A DNA stretch of 49,205 nucleotides from Rickettsiales bacterium (GTDB lineage: Bacteria; Pseudomonadota; Alphaproteobacteria; Rickettsiales; UBA1997), in NCBI GenBank assembly GCA_033763375.1, contig JANRKR010000008.1:1-49205 (forward strand), in the 5' to 3' direction. Position numbers and translations under genes: made by a program. Shown here piece after piece: positions 34,957 to 44,753 of this stretch; position 1 is the stretch's first letter, and each line of letters begins with the position of its first letter. Below the pieces are notes generated by a model. That model made no database searches. It saw only the letters and a list, made by a program, of their open reading frames with translations, and was not told where the DNA came from.

Positions 34957-36333
34957 TTAATTGATTTTTAAATCTTTAGATGTCTGAGAAAGTTTATCGA
35001 ATTTTACCGGCTTGATTTGCGAATTGGGAAGAAGTGAATCGCGGTCAATTGAAAAAGCATTAGTAAGTTTTGGATCAATTTCTTTTTCTAAATTCAAAGC
35101 ATGATGGGCAACAATTCTGGCGCATTCAGCGGCAATTTTGGCACCAATTCCGCTGCAACAAATAAGTCCAACAATGATTTTACTATTTTGGGCAAGCGGA
35201 GATATTATTGGTAAATTATCGGCTATTTGTAAAAGTGGTGCAGCTTGAGTGAAATCAGCGCGATGGCTTTTTAATATTTCTATATCAGCAACAATTCCAG
35301 GAAAAAATTCCTTTAAAAAAGCAGCGATAAAATTTTCTTCAGCTTCGCCAATTGTGGCATTTGTTAGCATTAAATCTGGATCTGCTTTAAATTTTGCGTC
35401 AGGTTGAGCGTGACCAACTTTTAAAAATAATTTATCAGCTTGTCTCTCAATCATGGCGTAAAAACCTTCAAAAGATTTTTCATCAAGCAAATGCGGATAT
35501 TGACTAACAAATTGAGGATGACTTTTTGCCAGTCTGGCGCCGCCTTCAATTTTACAAATTATGGTTGGAAAATTTTCAAATTTATTTCGACTTTGTGATT
35601 TAATCTCAAAATAAAAAAGCTTGGCGATTTTTGGAGTTAGAGCATTTTCTATTATGGCATTTTTTGGTAATAGCTTTGCAGTCCAAACATTAGCGGCAAC
35701 AACTACTTTATCGGCGATAATTTCTGAATTTTGAGCAGTTTTAATTGTCACGCCGTTTTCATCTTCTTTAATTTCACTAACTTCCGCATCAATCAGATTG
35801 GCACCATTTTCTTGGATTAATTGTCGCAATTTTGTAATTGCTACTGCAGGATTTAAAATTGCGGCGCCTCGACCATCATTTTGCAGCGGCATTTCGTGAA
35901 CGCCACGCAATCCTTGAGAATTTAAAAATGGATATAAACTTTTTAAAGAATTTTGGTCATAAACTTCGTGATCAACTTGCGAAGCTTTCGCTGCTGCAAT
36001 TGCTTTATCGATATAAGGCGAATCGCCAAAAATCAGACAATTAGTTGGTTTTAAAATTTTTTCTTCAGAATTGAGATTGCTAATTTTTAATAATGCCTGG
36101 TTTGATCTGACAACCATTTTGGGGAATAAATCGCTTTCATAAGCAGTTTGGCGAATAATACGTGAAAATCCAATGCTGCCAGTTGCAAAATTTGAAGTTA
36201 CAAAATCTGAATTTTTTCGATCAATCAAAGTAACTTTTGCACCAAAAGCTGATAAAAAATAAGCTGTCCAACTTCCTAATAATCCTGATCCGATTACGAT
36301 TATATTGGGTTTAGATGCGATTTTTGGTGGCAC
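34957..36333 (-). CDS. FAD-dependent amine oxidase, monomeric sarcosine/pipecolate oxidase-like (DAO family)
   Basis: 458 aa with the dinucleotide fold IIVIGSGLLGSWTAYFLS..GAKVTLIDR and an MSOX-like SRIIRQTAYE block. CCSGIGAK occupies the position of the GFSGHGFK flavinylation region. Confidence 0.7.
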   Translation of the reverse strand: MPPKIASKPNIIVIGSGLLGSWTAYFLSAFGAKVTLIDRKNSDFVTSNFATGSIGFSRIIRQTAYESDLFPKMVVRSNQALLKISNLNSEEKILKPTNCLIFGDSPYIDKAIAAAKASQVDHEVYDQNSLKSLYPFLNSQGLRGVHEMPLQNDGRGAAILNPAVAITKLRQLIQENGANLIDAEVSEIKEDENGVTIKTAQNSEIIADKVVVAANVWTAKLLPKNAIIENALTPKIAKLFYFEIKSQSRNKFENFPTIICKIEGGARLAKSHPQFVSQYPHLLDEKSFEGFYAMIERQADKLFLKVGHAQPDAKFKADPDLMLTNATIGEAEENFIAAFLKEFFPGIVADIEILKSHRADFTQAAPLLQIADNLPIISPLAQNSKIIVGLICCSGIGAKIAAECARIVAHHALNLEKEIDPKLTNAFSIDRDSLLPNSQIKPVKFDKLSQTSKDLKIN

Positions 36334-36350
36334 GCTAAGATTTTTTATCC

Positions 36351-37838
36351 TTAATTTTCGATTGAGTAATTTGGTGATTCAGAGGTTATCGTTATTGAAT
36401 GCGGATGACTTTCACGTAAACCAGAATTAGTGATTTTAACAAAATTACAATTTTTGCGCATTTCTTCAATTGTGGCGTTACCCGTATAACCCATTGAAGA
36501 TTTTAAGCCGCCAATTAATTGATGTAAAACTTCGGCAACTGGTCCTTTATAAGCAACGCGACCTTCAACACCTTCTGGAACCAATTTTAATTTGTCAGCA
36601 ACATCTTGTTGGAAATAACGATCTGCTGATCCGCGCGCCATTGCGCCTAAAGAGCCCATGCCACGATAAACTTTGTAAGATCTGCCTTTAAATAAAACAA
36701 TTTCTCCGGGAGTTTCTTCAGTGCCGGCAAGTAGGCCACCAAGCATTACGCAAGAAGCGCCGGCAGCGATTGCTTTTGCTAAATCGCCAGAAAATCTGAT
36801 GCCGCCATCGGAAACCAAAGGAACTTTTACTTTGTCGCAATATTCAACCACATCAAGAATAGCTGATAGTTGTGGCACGCCAACACCTGCAATCATGCGC
36901 GTGGTACAAATTGAGCCAGGACCAATGCCAACTTTTACCGCGTCGGCACCAGCGTCAATCAAAGCTTTAGCAGCTTCTTTAGTAGCAATATTGCCAGCGA
37001 TAAATTGTTGTTTTGGATAAGATTTTTTTAATTCGCGCATCGTGTCAATAACTCCGGCAGAATGACCGTGTGCCGTGTCAATAACAATGATGTCAGCATT
37101 ATTTTCAATTAAACTTTCGGCGCGTTTAATGCCATCGCGTCCAACGCCAATTGCTGCTGCAACTAATAATCGACCTTCTTCATCTTTAGAAGCATGAGGA
37201 AATTGTTTAGTTTTTTCTAAATCTTTTCCGGTCATTAAGCCAATGCAATCGCCTTGATTGTCAGTGATTATGATGCGTTCAATTTTATTTTTATGAAGTA
37301 AATTTCTGGCTTCAGATTTTGAGATATTTGCTTTAGCGGTGATCAAACCATCTTTGGTCATTAATTCTTTAATGGGCTGTTTTTTATCAGAAGCAAAACG
37401 CACATCGCGATTGGTTAAAATTCCAATTAATTTTTTACTGCCGGCTTTTACCACTGGAATTCCTGAAATGCCGTAATCTTTCATTAGAGTTAAAGCATCG
37501 CTTAGAGTTGCATCAGGATTTATCGTAACCGGATTAACCACCATGCCAGATTCAAATTTTTTTACTTTTTTAACTTCGTCACTTTGATCTTTGATGGAAA
37601 GATTTTTATGAATACAGCCAATGCCGCCAGACTGCGCCATTGCGATTGCTAATCGACTTTCTGTAACTGTGTCCATTGCCGAAGAAATAATCGGAATGTT
37701 AAGCGTAATATTTTTAGTAATTTTGGTTTTAGTATTAGCTTCACTTGGTAAAACATTGGAAAAAGCAGGCTTAAGCAGAACATCATCAAAGGTTAGTGAA
37801 TCGTTAGTAGTTTCAATAATTTTACGATTTTTTGTCAT
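36351..37838 (-). CDS. guaB: IMP dehydrogenase
   Basis: It has LTFDDVLLKP, a CBS pair, the catalytic loop VGIGPGSICTTR and a GGIRFSGD block. I prefer the ATG at 37838 over the track start at 37862. Confidence 0.95.
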   Translation of the reverse strand: MTKNRKIIETTNDSLTFDDVLLKPAFSNVLPSEANTKTKITKNITLNIPIISSAMDTVTESRLAIAMAQSGGIGCIHKNLSIKDQSDEVKKVKKFESGMVVNPVTINPDATLSDALTLMKDYGISGIPVVKAGSKKLIGILTNRDVRFASDKKQPIKELMTKDGLITAKANISKSEARNLLHKNKIERIIITDNQGDCIGLMTGKDLEKTKQFPHASKDEEGRLLVAAAIGVGRDGIKRAESLIENNADIIVIDTAHGHSAGVIDTMRELKKSYPKQQFIAGNIATKEAAKALIDAGADAVKVGIGPGSICTTRMIAGVGVPQLSAILDVVEYCDKVKVPLVSDGGIRFSGDLAKAIAAGASCVMLGGLLAGTEETPGEIVLFKGRSYKVYRGMGSLGAMARGSADRYFQQDVADKLKLVPEGVEGRVAYKGPVAEVLHQLIGGLKSSMGYTGNATIEEMRKNCNFVKITNSGLRESHPHSITITSESPNYSIEN

Positions 37839-37932
37839 GATTTTATGAAAAAGAAATAGCAAGAAAGACTTGATAGCTTATTTTTGGCGGCAAAAAATAA
37901 AAAACAATTAATAACTCCAAGCCTTAAAATTT

Positions 37933-38349
37933 ATGCCTTCTCAAATTGAAAGACTGTGTGAAGAAAGAAAAATAAAACTTACCGATAATCGCCGCATTAT
38001 TGCCCGCGTAATTTCTGACAGTTCTGATCATCCTGATGTTGAAGAGGTTTTTCATCGCGCTTCTAAAATCAATCCTAAAATTGGTATTGCCACAGTTTAT
38101 CGCGCGGTAAAAATGTTTGAAGAGCTTGGTGTAATTGCTAAGCATGATTTTGGTGGTAAAGGTCGTGCGCGTTATGAAAAGCTGGAAGGTGACGATCATC
38201 ACGATCATCTGGTTGATATTACTAATGACGAAGTTTATGAATTTTTTAATGAAGAATTAGAAAAGCTAAAAACTAAAATTGCTTTTGATAAAGGTTATGA
38301 ATTAGTTGGTCACAAGCTTGAACTTTACTGTCGTCCCTTAAGAAAGTAA
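37933..38349 (+). CDS. Fur-family metalloregulator (lacks CxxC pairs; Fur/Irr-like)
   Basis: 138 aa with a winged-helix ATVYRAVKMFEELGVI and the metal-site HHDHLVD motif. There are no Cys pairs in the C-terminal half. Confidence 0.8.
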   Translation: MPSQIERLCEERKIKLTDNRRIIARVISDSSDHPDVEEVFHRASKINPKIGIATVYRAVKMFEELGVIAKHDFGGKGRARYEKLEGDDHHDHLVDITNDEVYEFFNEELEKLKTKIAFDKGYELVGHKLELYCRPLRK

Positions 38350-38371
38350 TTTGTGAGGTGAGCAAATAATT

Positions 38372-38393
38372 AGGTTTGAAAACAAGGCTCTAG
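38372..38393. repeat. Family B solo copy (minus orientation) containing the TAG stop of the ABC-2 permease-like gene
   Basis: The reverse complement is CTAGAGCCTTGTTTTCAAACCT, and the stop is the complement of 38390-38392. Confidence 0.85.
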
Positions 38394-39709
38394 CTAACAG
38401 TGTCAAAACCAGAATTGTTTGATAATTTTTTGTAGCTCTTAAAAGCAAGAAACATCGCTATTGCCGATTGAATCAATAAAAATGACAACTTTGTAAAATC
38501 TATTTCGCCCAAAATTGGTAAAAATAATTGAGCAATAAATTCAAGTTTTAAAGAAAGAAAGAAAATCGGAATTATCGCGTAAATAGTAATGAAGCAAAAC
38601 AAAATGGAAAAAGATGATTTTTTATCTTGGTAAAAAAATCTAAAGAAATGAATTATTGCCAAATCTCTTAACAAAAAAATAAAAACCTCAAACGCTATCA
38701 AAGAAGTATTTTTTTGGATGTCACAAAAGATTGAAAACAGTAATAAAAATAAACTAATAATTAATGTTGGAATCCACTTTGCAGTTGATTGAAAAATTTT
38801 GTTTAGATTTTTTGACTTTATAGCAGCGATAAGAATTTTAACTTTTGCAATATTTATTTTTTCACAAAAAGCAGCGATATAAGTAAATGTAATCGAAGTT
38901 AAAAATGCTAATAAAAGTTGATCAAAATTTTTATAATCATTGACGTCGATAAAACCGCATAAATAAAATATTATAAAAATTACAAACGATGTCCAGGCAA
39001 TTGGTGTAACGGGATACATCAAATTTTGTTTTAAAATTCGGTAAGTTGCAAAAATTGACCAAAGAAAAAATATTGCAACCGAAGCTGTTAGAAATTCAGT
39101 GTCCGCGAAATCAAAACCATACCAATTAAGCTGCTTTATTTTGTGGTCAAATCCTAAACTGTTATACAAAATCAATGAAAAGCCAAGGCAAATAAGATAT
39201 AAAATATTTGAACGAACTTTCTTATTTTTGTTATTTGAGAATAATGTTAAAGAAGCCATTAAAAGTGAAAGCGCATTTGCAAAAGCCGCGCAAAGAAAAA
39301 GTCTAAAAATTATCACCAATGAATAAAGCGGATCTGATGTAGTTTTGATTAAAAAATAATAATGAGCGCTAATTGCAAAAAACCCAACATAATAACAAAA
39401 AAGTGTGCTGCCGATAAGTTTGCCAAAAGTTAATTGCCAAGGCGAAACCGGTGATAATCTGATACTATTCCAAGTATGATCGTTAATCTCATCAAATATG
39501 CTGTTCATGGCGCTCAATGAAGCTATCGCCACAGTTGAAACAAAAAAAGCTAGCGAGGTAAAACTTAAAGCTAAATTTGTGTTATTTTTATCCAGGTTTA
39601 AAAGTGATATAAAAATAATTAAACTTACGGCGGCAAAGGCGATAAGTTTTCTGCTACTAAAATCTTGCCAAATATATTTTTGAATTTCGTTGTTAGTCAT
39701 TGTTAACAA
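38390..39709 (-). CDS. Polytopic membrane protein, ABC-2-type permease-like with extra C-terminal TM domain
   Basis: 439 aa and very hydrophobic, with an ABC-2-like signature (EINDHTWNSIRLSPVSPWQLTFGKLIG). It lies 13 nt downstream of an ABC ATPase gene. Its TAG stop lies inside a family-B repeat. Confidence 0.6.
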   Translation of the reverse strand: MLTMTNNEIQKYIWQDFSSRKLIAFAAVSLIIFISLLNLDKNNTNLALSFTSLAFFVSTVAIASLSAMNSIFDEINDHTWNSIRLSPVSPWQLTFGKLIGSTLFCYYVGFFAISAHYYFLIKTTSDPLYSLVIIFRLFLCAAFANALSLLMASLTLFSNNKNKKVRSNILYLICLGFSLILYNSLGFDHKIKQLNWYGFDFADTEFLTASVAIFFLWSIFATYRILKQNLMYPVTPIAWTSFVIFIIFYLCGFIDVNDYKNFDQLLLAFLTSITFTYIAAFCEKINIAKVKILIAAIKSKNLNKIFQSTAKWIPTLIISLFLLLFSIFCDIQKNTSLIAFEVFIFLLRDLAIIHFFRFFYQDKKSSFSILFCFITIYAIIPIFFLSLKLEFIAQLFLPILGEIDFTKLSFLLIQSAIAMFLAFKSYKKLSNNSGFDTVS

Positions 39710-39722
39710 AGGTTTTTGGATT

Positions 39723-40670
39723 CTATATTTTCTTACTATGTTTGAAATAAATATCTTTTAAACTTGATTCGATGCTAGAAAAACCAGCTATTGGAATGGC
39801 TTTATCAACAAAGTTTTTAAGCAAAAAATTTAGATCTTTTTCTTCGCCATTAAACTCACATTCAATTTGACCATCAATTATTTCAGCACTGACAATTTTA
39901 TCAAAAGTTAGAATTTGATCCAGATATTTTTTTGGATCATCAAATAAAGAAATTTTAACTTTATTTATTTTGCTTTTTGTTTGATTAGAATTTTTTTTAC
40001 AATGTTCTATAAGTTTGCCATCTCTGATTAAAATCATATCTTGGCAATAATCTTCAAGCTCAGAAATAATATGAGAAGAAACCAAAATTGTCATATTGCG
40101 CTTACTTAACTGATGAAAAAGATTTGCTAGATTTTCTCTGGCTTCTGGATCAAGACCAGAAGTTGGTTCGTCAAGAATTAATATTTCGGGATCGTGAATT
40201 AAAGCTTGGGCAATTCCTAAAACCTGTCTAAAGCCGCGCGAAAGACTTCCTGCTTCAAAATCAAGATATTGTGACAGATTTAAACTATGCGCAATTTCTT
40301 CAATTTTATTTTTAAAAGCCGACTTATTTTGAGTTTCAGAAGCTTGGAATTTTAAGTTAATTTGATGAATTCTGGCAAAAAATTCTAATGATTGGCGAAC
40401 AGTTAAATATTTATATATTCCAAAAAAATCTGCCAAATAACCAATTTTTTTATGAACTTGGCGCGGATCTTTGGTTGTGACAATTCCGTCAATTGTCACT
40501 GAGCCTGAGATTGGTTCTTCAAGCGCGGCAATGCAATTCATTAACGTAGTTTTACCAGCGCCATTGGGTCCAACCAAGGCTGTTATTGAGCCTTTTTCTA
40601 GATAAAAAGATATGTTATCTAAAGCTAATTTATTTGGATATTCAAAGCAGAGATTCTCTAATTTTATCAT
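39723..40670 (-). CDS. ABC transporter ATP-binding protein (ABC-2 type, DUF4162-like C-terminus)
   Basis: It has Walker A GPNGAGKTT, signature LSRGFRQVL and Walker B ILILDEPTSGLD. I prefer the internal ATG (MIKLENL...) at 40670, because the longer ORF to 40793 overlaps the PBP gene. Confidence 0.85.
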   Translation of the reverse strand: MIKLENLCFEYPNKLALDNISFYLEKGSITALVGPNGAGKTTLMNCIAALEEPISGSVTIDGIVTTKDPRQVHKKIGYLADFFGIYKYLTVRQSLEFFARIHQINLKFQASETQNKSAFKNKIEEIAHSLNLSQYLDFEAGSLSRGFRQVLGIAQALIHDPEILILDEPTSGLDPEARENLANLFHQLSKRNMTILVSSHIISELEDYCQDMILIRDGKLIEHCKKNSNQTKSKINKVKISLFDDPKKYLDQILTFDKIVSAEIIDGQIECEFNGEEKDLNFLLKNFVDKAIPIAGFSSIESSLKDIYFKHSKKI

Positions 40671-40671
40671 T

Positions 40672-42243
40672 TTATAATTTGTTGGTATTGATGGGATAAA
40701 CACCAAGAATTGGTGCAATATTGCGGACAATTTTGCCGGCAACTGGCGCTGCAACCATTCCGCCAGTATTAAAAGCAGAGTTTGGTCGATCAAAAATTAC
40801 ATAAACTAAATATTTAGGTTGGGTGATTGGAAACACAGCTACAAAAGAAGCAATAGTTGATTTTTCATTATAACTGCCAAGCTCGGCGCGATTAGCAGTT
40901 CCGGTTTTGCCGCCAACTTCGTAACCGACAACATCTGCGTTACGACCAGTTCCTTCCAAAACTACTTGTCGCATCATTTGCCGCATAATTTGCGAAGTAG
41001 ATTCTTTGATAATTTTTTTACCGCTTGGTTGAATTGTTAATTTTAAAAATTCAGGTTTGTAAAGTGTGCCGCCATTTGCAATTGCGCCAACTGTGGTGGC
41101 GATGTGCATTGGTGTGATGGCAATTCCGTGTCCGTAAGAAATGGTAAAAAGATTAATATCGCGCCAAATTTTTGGATAAATCGGTCTTCCTAAACCAGGA
41201 AACTCAGCATCAATTTTTTTAAGTAGACCGAATTTTTCGAGCTGTCTTTTTTCTAAATCGGCGCCAATTTTTTTAGCAATTTGAACTGTGCCAATATTTG
41301 ATGAATAAGCAAAAATTTCTCCTACGGTCATTTGATCTTTGACGTAATGATCGTCATTAATAGTGAAGCGACCTTCTTTGATGGGTTCAGAAACTTTGTA
41401 AACATCATTAATTTTAATAATATTGTCTTCAAAAGCGATGGTGTTGGTAAAAATTTTAAAGATTGAGCCAAGTTCATAAACGCCATTTACAACACGATTA
41501 AAACGCTGCTCAGATGTGGCTTCGTGAAGATTGGGATCAAAATCAGGCAGCGAGGAAATTGCTAAAACTTCGCCATTGGTTACATCAAAAATAATTCCGG
41601 CAGCAGCTTTAGCGTTGAATTGATTCATGCCATTTGAAAGCTCATCATGCAAAATATCTTGCACGCGAATATCCAGCGCCAACTGCAGATCAGCTCCGCC
41701 TTTTGCCAATTGCTGATCATATTGCATTTCAATGCCAGATAAGCCTTTGCGATCAAGATCAACATAACCAACTAAATGGCTAGTGATTGATTTTTGTGGA
41801 TAAACACGAATGCGATCATCTTCAAAAATTAAACCAGCAATTTTCAAATTTTGCACTTGCAATGCTTGGTTTGGCGTCAGATTTCTTTTAAGCAAAATCC
41901 ATTTTTTGCTATTTTTGTTGTCGGTAATTTTTTTTAAAATTTCCTCGTAAGGTAAGTCAGGAAAAACTGAGGAAATTGCTGCGGCAACAGCCTTGACATC
42001 TTTGATTAAAATGCTGCTAGCATAAAGTGATTTAGTTTTTAAATCGGTTGCAACTAAAGTGCCGTTGCGATCAATAATATTAGCGCGTTTTATTAATTTG
42101 CGCTGATCATAAATATTGCTGATTTTTACTTTATCGCCAAAGCTGACGATAAAAAACATGCGTAAAATAATTACTGCGAACGCTATCAAAACGAAGCAGT
42201 AAATAAAAATTAGCCGTGATTTTTTGATTTTGTTTTCGGGCAT
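40672..42243 (-). CDS. Class B penicillin-binding protein (FtsI/PBP2-like D,D-transpeptidase)
   Basis: It has an N-terminal TM anchor, SxxK (GSIFKIF), SxN (YSSNIG) and KTG (GGKTGTA). I prefer the ATG at 42243 over the TTG at 42261, which lies inside a family-C repeat. Confidence 0.85.
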   Translation of the reverse strand: MPENKIKKSRLIFIYCFVLIAFAVIILRMFFIVSFGDKVKISNIYDQRKLIKRANIIDRNGTLVATDLKTKSLYASSILIKDVKAVAAAISSVFPDLPYEEILKKITDNKNSKKWILLKRNLTPNQALQVQNLKIAGLIFEDDRIRVYPQKSITSHLVGYVDLDRKGLSGIEMQYDQQLAKGGADLQLALDIRVQDILHDELSNGMNQFNAKAAAGIIFDVTNGEVLAISSLPDFDPNLHEATSEQRFNRVVNGVYELGSIFKIFTNTIAFEDNIIKINDVYKVSEPIKEGRFTINDDHYVKDQMTVGEIFAYSSNIGTVQIAKKIGADLEKRQLEKFGLLKKIDAEFPGLGRPIYPKIWRDINLFTISYGHGIAITPMHIATTVGAIANGGTLYKPEFLKLTIQPSGKKIIKESTSQIMRQMMRQVVLEGTGRNADVVGYEVGGKTGTANRAELGSYNEKSTIASFVAVFPITQPKYLVYVIFDRPNSAFNTGGMVAAPVAGKIVRNIAPILGVYPINTNKL

Positions 42244-42254
42244 GAAATCAAAAA

Positions 42255-42282
42255 GTGTCAATTATTTCGGGATATGCTATAT
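42255..42282. repeat. Family C solo copy GTGTCAATTATTTCGGGATATGCTATAT between mdh and the PBP gene
   Basis: About 28 nt are identical to the reverse complement of the left end of the 20.7-kb element, including flanking GTGTCA. It overlaps the TTG-extended start of the PBP ORF. Confidence 0.85.
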
Positions 42283-42298
42283 CGCAAAATTATTACCA

Positions 42299-43249
<951 letters not shown>

Positions 43250-43861
43250 CTAAATTGAGGTTAAAATTAATTTGATTTGTGCAAAAACTTCTAACAATTC
43301 TTTAGTGCCGTCAATCACTTTAATTCGTGAATTTTTCTGAGCCAGTTTTAAAAAACCAGCACGAACTTTTTGATGAAAATCTAACCCTAATTTTTCATAA
43401 CGATTATTTTCAGCTCGATTATGAATGCGCTTAAAAGCTGTTTCAACCGGCACATCAATTAAAAAAGTTATATCAGGAACAAAATTACCAATAGTAATTT
43501 TTTTTATTTCATTAATCGATTTTTCTTCAACATTAAGCGCGCTTCCCTGATAAGCGTAAGTTGAGTCGAAGAAGCGATCACAGATTACGATTTTATTTTG
43601 TTGCAAAGCTGGTTTTATTAATTTTTCTAAATGTTCAAGACGAGCGGCAAAGTTTAAAAGAAGTTCAGTAGTTGCTTCTAATTTGTTAATTTTTTCATCA
43701 ATTAAAATTTGACGAATCTTTTCGCCAGCAATTGTTCCGCCTGGTTCGCGCGTGAGAATTGTTGGAATATTTTGTGCTAGAAAATATTCTTGCAATTTTT
43801 TAGCTTGGGTTGATTTTCCGCAACCTTCAATTCCTTCAAATGTAATAAATTTTGCCTTCAT
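43250..43861 (-). CDS. tmk: Thymidylate kinase
   Basis: 203 aa with the P-loop FITFEGIEGCGKSTQ, TREPGGT and a DRFFDSTYAYQG block. Confidence 0.9.
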   Translation of the reverse strand: MKAKFITFEGIEGCGKSTQAKKLQEYFLAQNIPTILTREPGGTIAGEKIRQILIDEKINKLEATTELLLNFAARLEHLEKLIKPALQQNKIVICDRFFDSTYAYQGSALNVEEKSINEIKKITIGNFVPDITFLIDVPVETAFKRIHNRAENNRYEKLGLDFHQKVRAGFLKLAQKNSRIKVIDGTKELLEVFAQIKLILTSI

Positions 43862-43863
43862 TT

Positions 43864-44646
43864 ATGAAAAATCCTAAAAATATTCTAATTAGCGGTGCCG
43901 GAAGTGGAATTGGTCGCGCACTTGCAATTGCTTATTCCAAAGCTGGTATAAATTTGTTTTTATGCGGTCGAAATATTGAAAATTTACAAACTACAAAAAT
44001 TCTTTGCGAAGAATTAAAAGCAACAATTCATTTACAAATAATTGATGTAACCGACGAAAAAGCGGTTAGAAATTGGATCGAAAAAATAACGCAAAATTAT
44101 CAGCTAGATTTAGTAATTGCTAATGCTGGAATTTCAGCTGGAACTCTTGGTGGCGCTGAATCTTTCTCACAAATTAAGAAAATTTTTTCCACAAATTTAG
44201 ATGGTGTTTTGAATTTAATTCATCCGGCAATTGAGAAAATGCTGATGGCAAAAAAAGGTCAAATTGCGCTGGTTTCTTCACTAGCTGGATTTCGTGGTCT
44301 ACCCGGTTCGCCAGCTTATTGCGCCAGTAAAGCGGCGATTAAAATTTATGGTGAAGCTTTAAGAGGAAATTTGGCGCAGTTTGGAATTGAGGTGAATGTT
44401 ATTTGTCCAGGCTATGTTAAAACACCAATGACTGCGGTTAATGATTTTTTTATGCCGTTTTTAGTGCCGGTTGAAAAATGTGCCAAAATTATCAAAACAG
44501 GTTTGGCAAATAATAAATCGCGAATTGCTTTTCCGTGGCAGCTTTATTTTTTGGTTAATTTAGCGGCTTTCATTTCAACTAAAATTACTGATCCAATTTT
44601 TGCCAGATTGCCAAGAAAAAAATCTTTAGCGAAAACATTTTTATAA
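43864..44646 (+). CDS. Short-chain dehydrogenase/reductase (SDR)
   Basis: It has the cofactor motif ISGAGSGIGRA, plus NAG and catalytic YCASKAA. The ATG at 43864 lies 2 nt from the divergent tmk start. Confidence 0.8.
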   Translation: MKNPKNILISGAGSGIGRALAIAYSKAGINLFLCGRNIENLQTTKILCEELKATIHLQIIDVTDEKAVRNWIEKITQNYQLDLVIANAGISAGTLGGAESFSQIKKIFSTNLDGVLNLIHPAIEKMLMAKKGQIALVSSLAGFRGLPGSPAYCASKAAIKIYGEALRGNLAQFGIEVNVICPGYVKTPMTAVNDFFMPFLVPVEKCAKIIKTGLANNKSRIAFPWQLYFLVNLAAFISTKITDPIFARLPRKKSLAKTFL

Positions 44647-44691
44647 CCGAAAGCCAAGTAATTTGAAGGTGGTTTGGTAGACTTTATGTTG

Positions 44692-44738
44692 CTGTTGCAA
44701 ATTCTGTTTCTGCAAAAAATGTGAAGTATTTGCAACAG
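44692..44738. terminator. Family E-type short inverted pair CTGTTGCAAAT-N25-ATTTGCAACAG between convergent SDR and rplY
   Basis: The 11-bp perfect arms lie at 44692-44702 and 44728-44738. Confidence 0.45.
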
Positions 44739-44753
44739 TGAAATAAAGTGGAA

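Noticed and set aside
37839-37932. I looked for a Fur box or Irr ICE motif in the guaB / Fur-family divergent spacer.
   Set aside because: I found no convincing GATAATGATAATCATTATC-like or TTTAGAA-N3-TTCTAAA-like palindrome.
40671-40793. The ABC ATPase ORF has a 41-aa N-terminal extension that overlaps the PBP gene.
   Set aside because: The conserved ATPase N-terminus (MIKLENLCFEY) starts at the ATG at 40670, 1 nt from the PBP stop. The extension has no similarity to ABC proteins.
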